Assembly (NCBI GenBank): GCA_009103225.1
Contig: RHPI01000810.1
Span: 496,001 to 560,000 of the forward strand
Origin: Chlorokybus atmophyticus
Lineage: Eukaryota; Plantae; Mesostigma and Chlorokybus algae
Length of the DNA: 64,000 nucleotides
Reading direction: 5' to 3'
Shown here in pieces: positions 59,546 through 64,000 of this stretch. Both the position numbers and the translations under genes were made by a program. Below the pieces are notes generated by a model that did no database searches, had not been told where the DNA came from, and saw only the letters and a program-made list of their open reading frames with translations. Positions within the stretch are counted from its first letter, which is position 1. Every line of letters begins with the position of its first letter.

Positions 59546-60471
59546 GCACCCTGCACCCTGTGTGTGCACGTTCGGGCGTGGAGGAAACCCTAAAGCAACA
59601 CGGCTTGCCGCATACTACGGAGCCATACAGAAATGCGTACACCCCGTATTGTCTCCATCAGCATACCAATCCGGCCTGCCACGTGTCCGGCCGACGCTTG
59701 CTGATCGCCGCTGCACCTGCTGCTGCTGCTGCTGCTGCTACCGAGGTGTTGTCGCCCACGGCCACGAGCGACTTGCCAGCATCCGCTGCACGCTACACAG
59801 GCTGAAGATTCTCGCTGAACTGGCGCTGCGCCAGCACCTGGAAGTACCTCGGATGGTGAGTGGCGCCCAGTCGAGTTGCAACCTGCAAGGCGCTGCTTTT
59901 CACTTACACAGAGTTTCTGTTGCCCGATGCTTGGGTTTCTGTTTGTGATGTGGTGTGGATAGCTTATGCTGTTGCTGGGGAAGGTTGATCCCACCCTGAC
60001 ATGCACTCATCACGGCATTGCATAAGCGGCACTGCATTGAGCTTAGCACGCATATGACAGTAGTACACATGCTGCTGTTGATCTGCAACAGAAGCAACGA
60101 ATAAGTATGCATCATCGAGCGTGTTGTTGGCATGAGCTGTTTTCAAGACAGAAAGCAACTGTCAATGCTCCTCCTGCGTTAACAGGCTGCGTTGGCCGGG
60201 GTGCTACGCAAGTGAGGCATACTGCTAATGGTTTGATGGTAAGGGCACATGCGTTGTTCGCGCAAGCTGAACTTGTATGGCGCATCGCTACCATGCAATT
60301 CAGCAAGCCCATGCGCATGCATGCATCTTGTATGAAAAGCAGAAAAGGCATGCTGTACCGTCACAGTGTGTGACACTTGCCATATCGATCGCGAGTATCA
60401 TTCCAAGTCCAGTTGTGTAAGAATGCTGTCCAATAGCGTGTGCGGAGGAGTGGTTTCATGTAAAGCGCTTG

Positions 60472-61382
60472 ATGGCAACGGGCTGGGGACGTGATGTTGA
60501 TGTTGGTCAAGCAACGACGACAGCAGCACCTGGAGGAGACACGGATGTTAACAAAGCCAACAATAACAGCAGCAGGGTGGGAGTGAATGTGTCCCTTTCT
60601 CAGAAGCCCCCTGCGCAAGCGAGGGCAGCGGCCCATGTGTTGAACACACTCATTGACAGCATACTGCTAGACATAGCGATAGAGCACAAGCGTGACATAC
60701 ACGCATGGGGAGATGGCGGAGCGGGAGAGGCTGGTAGTGACAGCGAGGAGGCTGTGGATATCCAGCGCCGGCGTACAGATGTTGAACCGCGCAAGCGGGA
60801 GGCAGAGACAGCATCCGGACGCGGTTGTCCTGATGTGTTTGGGCAGTGGCAGCCGGCTGTGGCCACGGACCTCGTGACTTGCAGAGGGTGCGGGCAGAAG
60901 CTGGCGGCTGGCCGGTTCGCTCCCCATCTGGAGAAGTGCATGGTCAAGGCCAGGAGAGAGCCCAAGCCAGTTGCGCGCTACTCCCATGCACCGCAGCATC
61001 TCTCTCCCGAGCCCTCGCATTCGCAAGGTGTGCATGGGTCTTGGCATAAAGGGCACACACACACACGCACACGCAAGCAGCTTGTTGGACCAACTGATCA
61101 ACGCTCTGCACAGGTCCTGGAAGTCCAGACTCTGATGACCCTTCGTATGGAGTGCGCACCAAACGCACTCGCCGACCCCGCGCCCCGCAAGACAGTGCAG
61201 CTCGCTCATCAAAGAAGAATAAGCGCGTCCGTCCTCCCACCACTGGTGTTGCCAAGAACACGAGTGCAGCAGCGTCGTCACCCGCGCTTTGGGATGGCTC
61301 ATCTGCCTTGAGTCCTGCGCCGCCATCTCCGTTGTTGTTGCCTCAGTCACAGCCATCACCAGGAGGTGCTGTGCCCTGCTAA
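60472..61382 (+). CDS. SGF11: SAGA deubiquitination module subunit Sgf11 / ATXN7L3; 3' end uncertain
   Basis: VLNTLIDSILLDIAIEHKR helix, then DVFGQ..CRGCGQKLAAGRFAPHLEKCM (Sgf11 zinc finger). One intron (about 61028-61091) leads to a basic Pro/Ser-rich tail. Confidence 0.9.
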
Positions 61383-64000
61383 ACAGGCTGTTGTAGTGTG
61401 TGTGCTGGACATAACACACTGGTTGCCATATTGTTGCTGATGGTTTGGTTTGCCTGGCGTTGACTGTGTGGCTGGTGTGTTGTTTGCCTGTGTTAGTGTT
61501 TGCAGGCGACCAGCTGCATACCTCACAGTTCACTTCTGTTCAGTGTTTATGTCTCAAACATCCAAACTTGTATGATTGACCAGGAGAACACTTGGCTTGT
61601 CACACATCAGGCGTCAATGCGCACCAAAGTGTGTCCATGTGCAAGGATGTGTAATGCGCGCAAGCATCTCTAACTGCCTTCCTTTGGCGTGCAGCTGCGC
61701 CGTTGTTCATCGCTTATCTTGCGAATAACTATGTATATGCGCAATGCCGCGCACATCATTGTTCCAGGCTCCTTGTGTACATAGCGCCCATGTGAGCAGG
61801 TACTAACTGAATGCATGCTTGTATGTCTAATGGGGCGGGCTAGCATTGGTATAGTGTAGCAAGCAGCCATAGAACTAGCCCGGTGGTTAAATTTGATGTG
61901 TAAAGCGTGTGTATGCTTGTGCTGATGCATGCCATTCGCATTGTCCACATGCATGCTGCCACCGTACCATACCCCTTATATATACTGGGTAAGCTGGCAC
62001 GAGTGCATGTCTGTCTGAAGAGCAGTATATGTGTAGGGAGGAGTAGCTTGTTGCTGTCACACACCAACATGAACACGCATTACGATTTCGCCTTTGTGAT
62101 GATGCATGTCGACAACGTGCTATACCATATAACATACCTTTGCGCACCATATGCATGAATGTACACCATGCAGTCATCGCTGGCATAGATGAGTGGGTGA
62201 TTACATTACATCAAGGTGCTTCCATGCCATGTTAATGCAGACAACATGTGAGGTTGTTGATCATTAAGATAGTGGCTATTGTAATGCAAGAAATGTGATA
62301 TGCGGTCATTGACTACCTGCTTCATAATCGTGCAGACATTTACGATGCATAATATAATTTGTAAGATGTAGTAGATGTAATTTGCCAGGGGCGAGAGTTG
62401 AATACGCTGCGTACCTATGCCATGCGTATTTATGATGGAGTCAAAGCTTGTGATATGCACGATGCTCATATCATCGTTCTATAAGACCGTATTGTAAGGA
62501 ACCCTTCCTTGAGAATGAGCATGGCGCAATATATTTGTTAACAATTGTTGCCATGACGATGAACTTCGGCTCGTGCTAGTATGATCTTGTAATATGTCGG
62601 TATATCGCATTGTGCATGAAGGTTCTGTTGTTCATGCTTGAGGAATACAACTTGACAATATTCACTTTAAGAGAAATAACATGTACTATTGCATAATATA
62701 ACAACTTTATAGCAGATTTATTGTCTTTGTAAAGTGTCGCACACCGTAATGGTTTCTTGGTGCAGGATGACATGCAACAATCACCTACTAGTATATGTCC
62801 AACGGCATAGGGTAACACCCAGGGGGCGAGCACTCAGAGCGAATACACACAAGCACAAAGCGTATAATCGACAACACAACACGGCATGTGTATACTGATA
62901 ATGAGTATAAATTCATATGCACTATACACATGATAGGCGTGCAGTTGAATTACTCTCATGAAAAGTTAGATCAAGTGAAGCTTTGAAATCGATAATTATA
63001 TTTTTAAATTAAGGTTGTATACTTTATGATTTTCAATAACTATTTATTGTTATGATGTGCATTGTCATATTGTTGCAACCCGTAATTGAAATTTGTTAAG
63101 ACAAGTGTGTCCGAGATGGGTTTTAGCATGACGCTGGTGCTTGGGACCTCTTTAACAACATAACACAAAAAACGAATGACCGCATGCACGTCGTCAAGCC
63201 TGTTGTGCACCAGGTGTCGTACATTTCAACTCAGTATGTTCAGCATCTGCTCTTGTTATTTGAATTAATGTCACATATGAAACTCCATCTTCCTCCGTGA
63301 TAAAGGTATAAAATTGACCAACTTACAGGGCCCTAAGTGCATCAAGAAAAAAAGATGTTATACTGACCAAGTATTTCTGCAAATTCGAATGCATGCAAAC
63401 GTGTGTGACATGCGCACCGCCTCACCTGTCAATTTTATATTGTCCCTCAACTGACAACAATAATCTAGTTTGCTGGTGGAGATAAAACACCATATCAACA
63501 TGTTGTCGGGTTGATTGTGGTAAGAGGCATTATTGATACCGGTAACGTAAAGACCAAAGACAATTTTGGGACATGCAAGGTTTTGAACGGGGGTTCACAA
63601 TGTCGCATGCAGGCCTGTGGCCAGAAGATGTGGATGAGATTAAAGCGCGCTTTCAACGTTCAACTTCCACACTAGTCAGAGGGCCAACTCGTTCCCACGG
63701 GCAAACCAATTTACAGCCGTCTCATTGGTCGGCTTGTGTCAACCAATGGGGGGTGGCCTTTTGTCATAGGATGTGAGTGCATTGCACTTGTAAGGGGGTT
63801 GATGTCGATTGATTTTCGCGTGCTGTGCGGCGTGTAAGTAGACTGATGTCGATTGATTGATGGGTTTTTGGACCCTCTCGTGTCAGTCGTCACGCGATTT
63901 GCCGCTTGCTGCATGTCGCGATCAACAGGCATCAAGTGTTTTGGGTGCCTCTGTCGAGAGGCTGAAATCAGCTGCAGAGGCCGTTGATCAGCTATCGGCG

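Noticed and set aside
1-64000. Non-standard genetic code (TAA/TAG = Gln, as in some ulvophyte algae)
   Set aside because: BRF1, NDUFA7, CCB2, the membrane gene and MIP3 all terminate at TAG at the expected positions, and no in-frame TAR codons were seen in conserved exons.

Overview
Eukaryotic nuclear DNA from a green alga (Viridiplantae): intron-rich genes, standard genetic code, plastid-targeted and plant-type proteins. The exact lineage cannot be fixed from the sequence alone. All gene identities come from recognising motifs by eye; no database searches were run. From left to right: NOL10/Enp2 (partial, minus), BRF1 (+), a conserved plastid/thylakoid protein (-), HRQ1/RecQ4-family helicase with N-terminal ubiquitin-like and CDT1-like domains (+), NDUFA7 (-), a long coiled-coil protein (+), a short hypothetical gene (-), CCB2 (+), a frameshifted ORF relic, an unknown multi-pass membrane protein (+) and a PGSIP7/8-type GT8 glycosyltransferase (-). 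An AT-rich stretch follows, then a decayed Ty1/copia element (42669-54177, minus, perfect TATTG target-site duplication, half-tRNA-iMet primer site) with a Ty3/gypsy chromovirus nested in its gag (46829-53757, +). The window ends with MIP3/SCFD2 (-), SGF11 (+) and an AT-rich tail. The most striking structure is a 205-bp fold-back inverted duplication inside the chromovirus. It splits the chromodomain and folds the 3' UTR, polypurine tract and start of the 3' LTR into a 438-nt hairpin, a candidate TE-derived siRNA source. Other leads are the UBL+CDT1+RecQ4 helicase architecture, a triplicated acidic W-x-x-L/F motif in MIP3, and at least four likely GC-AG introns.
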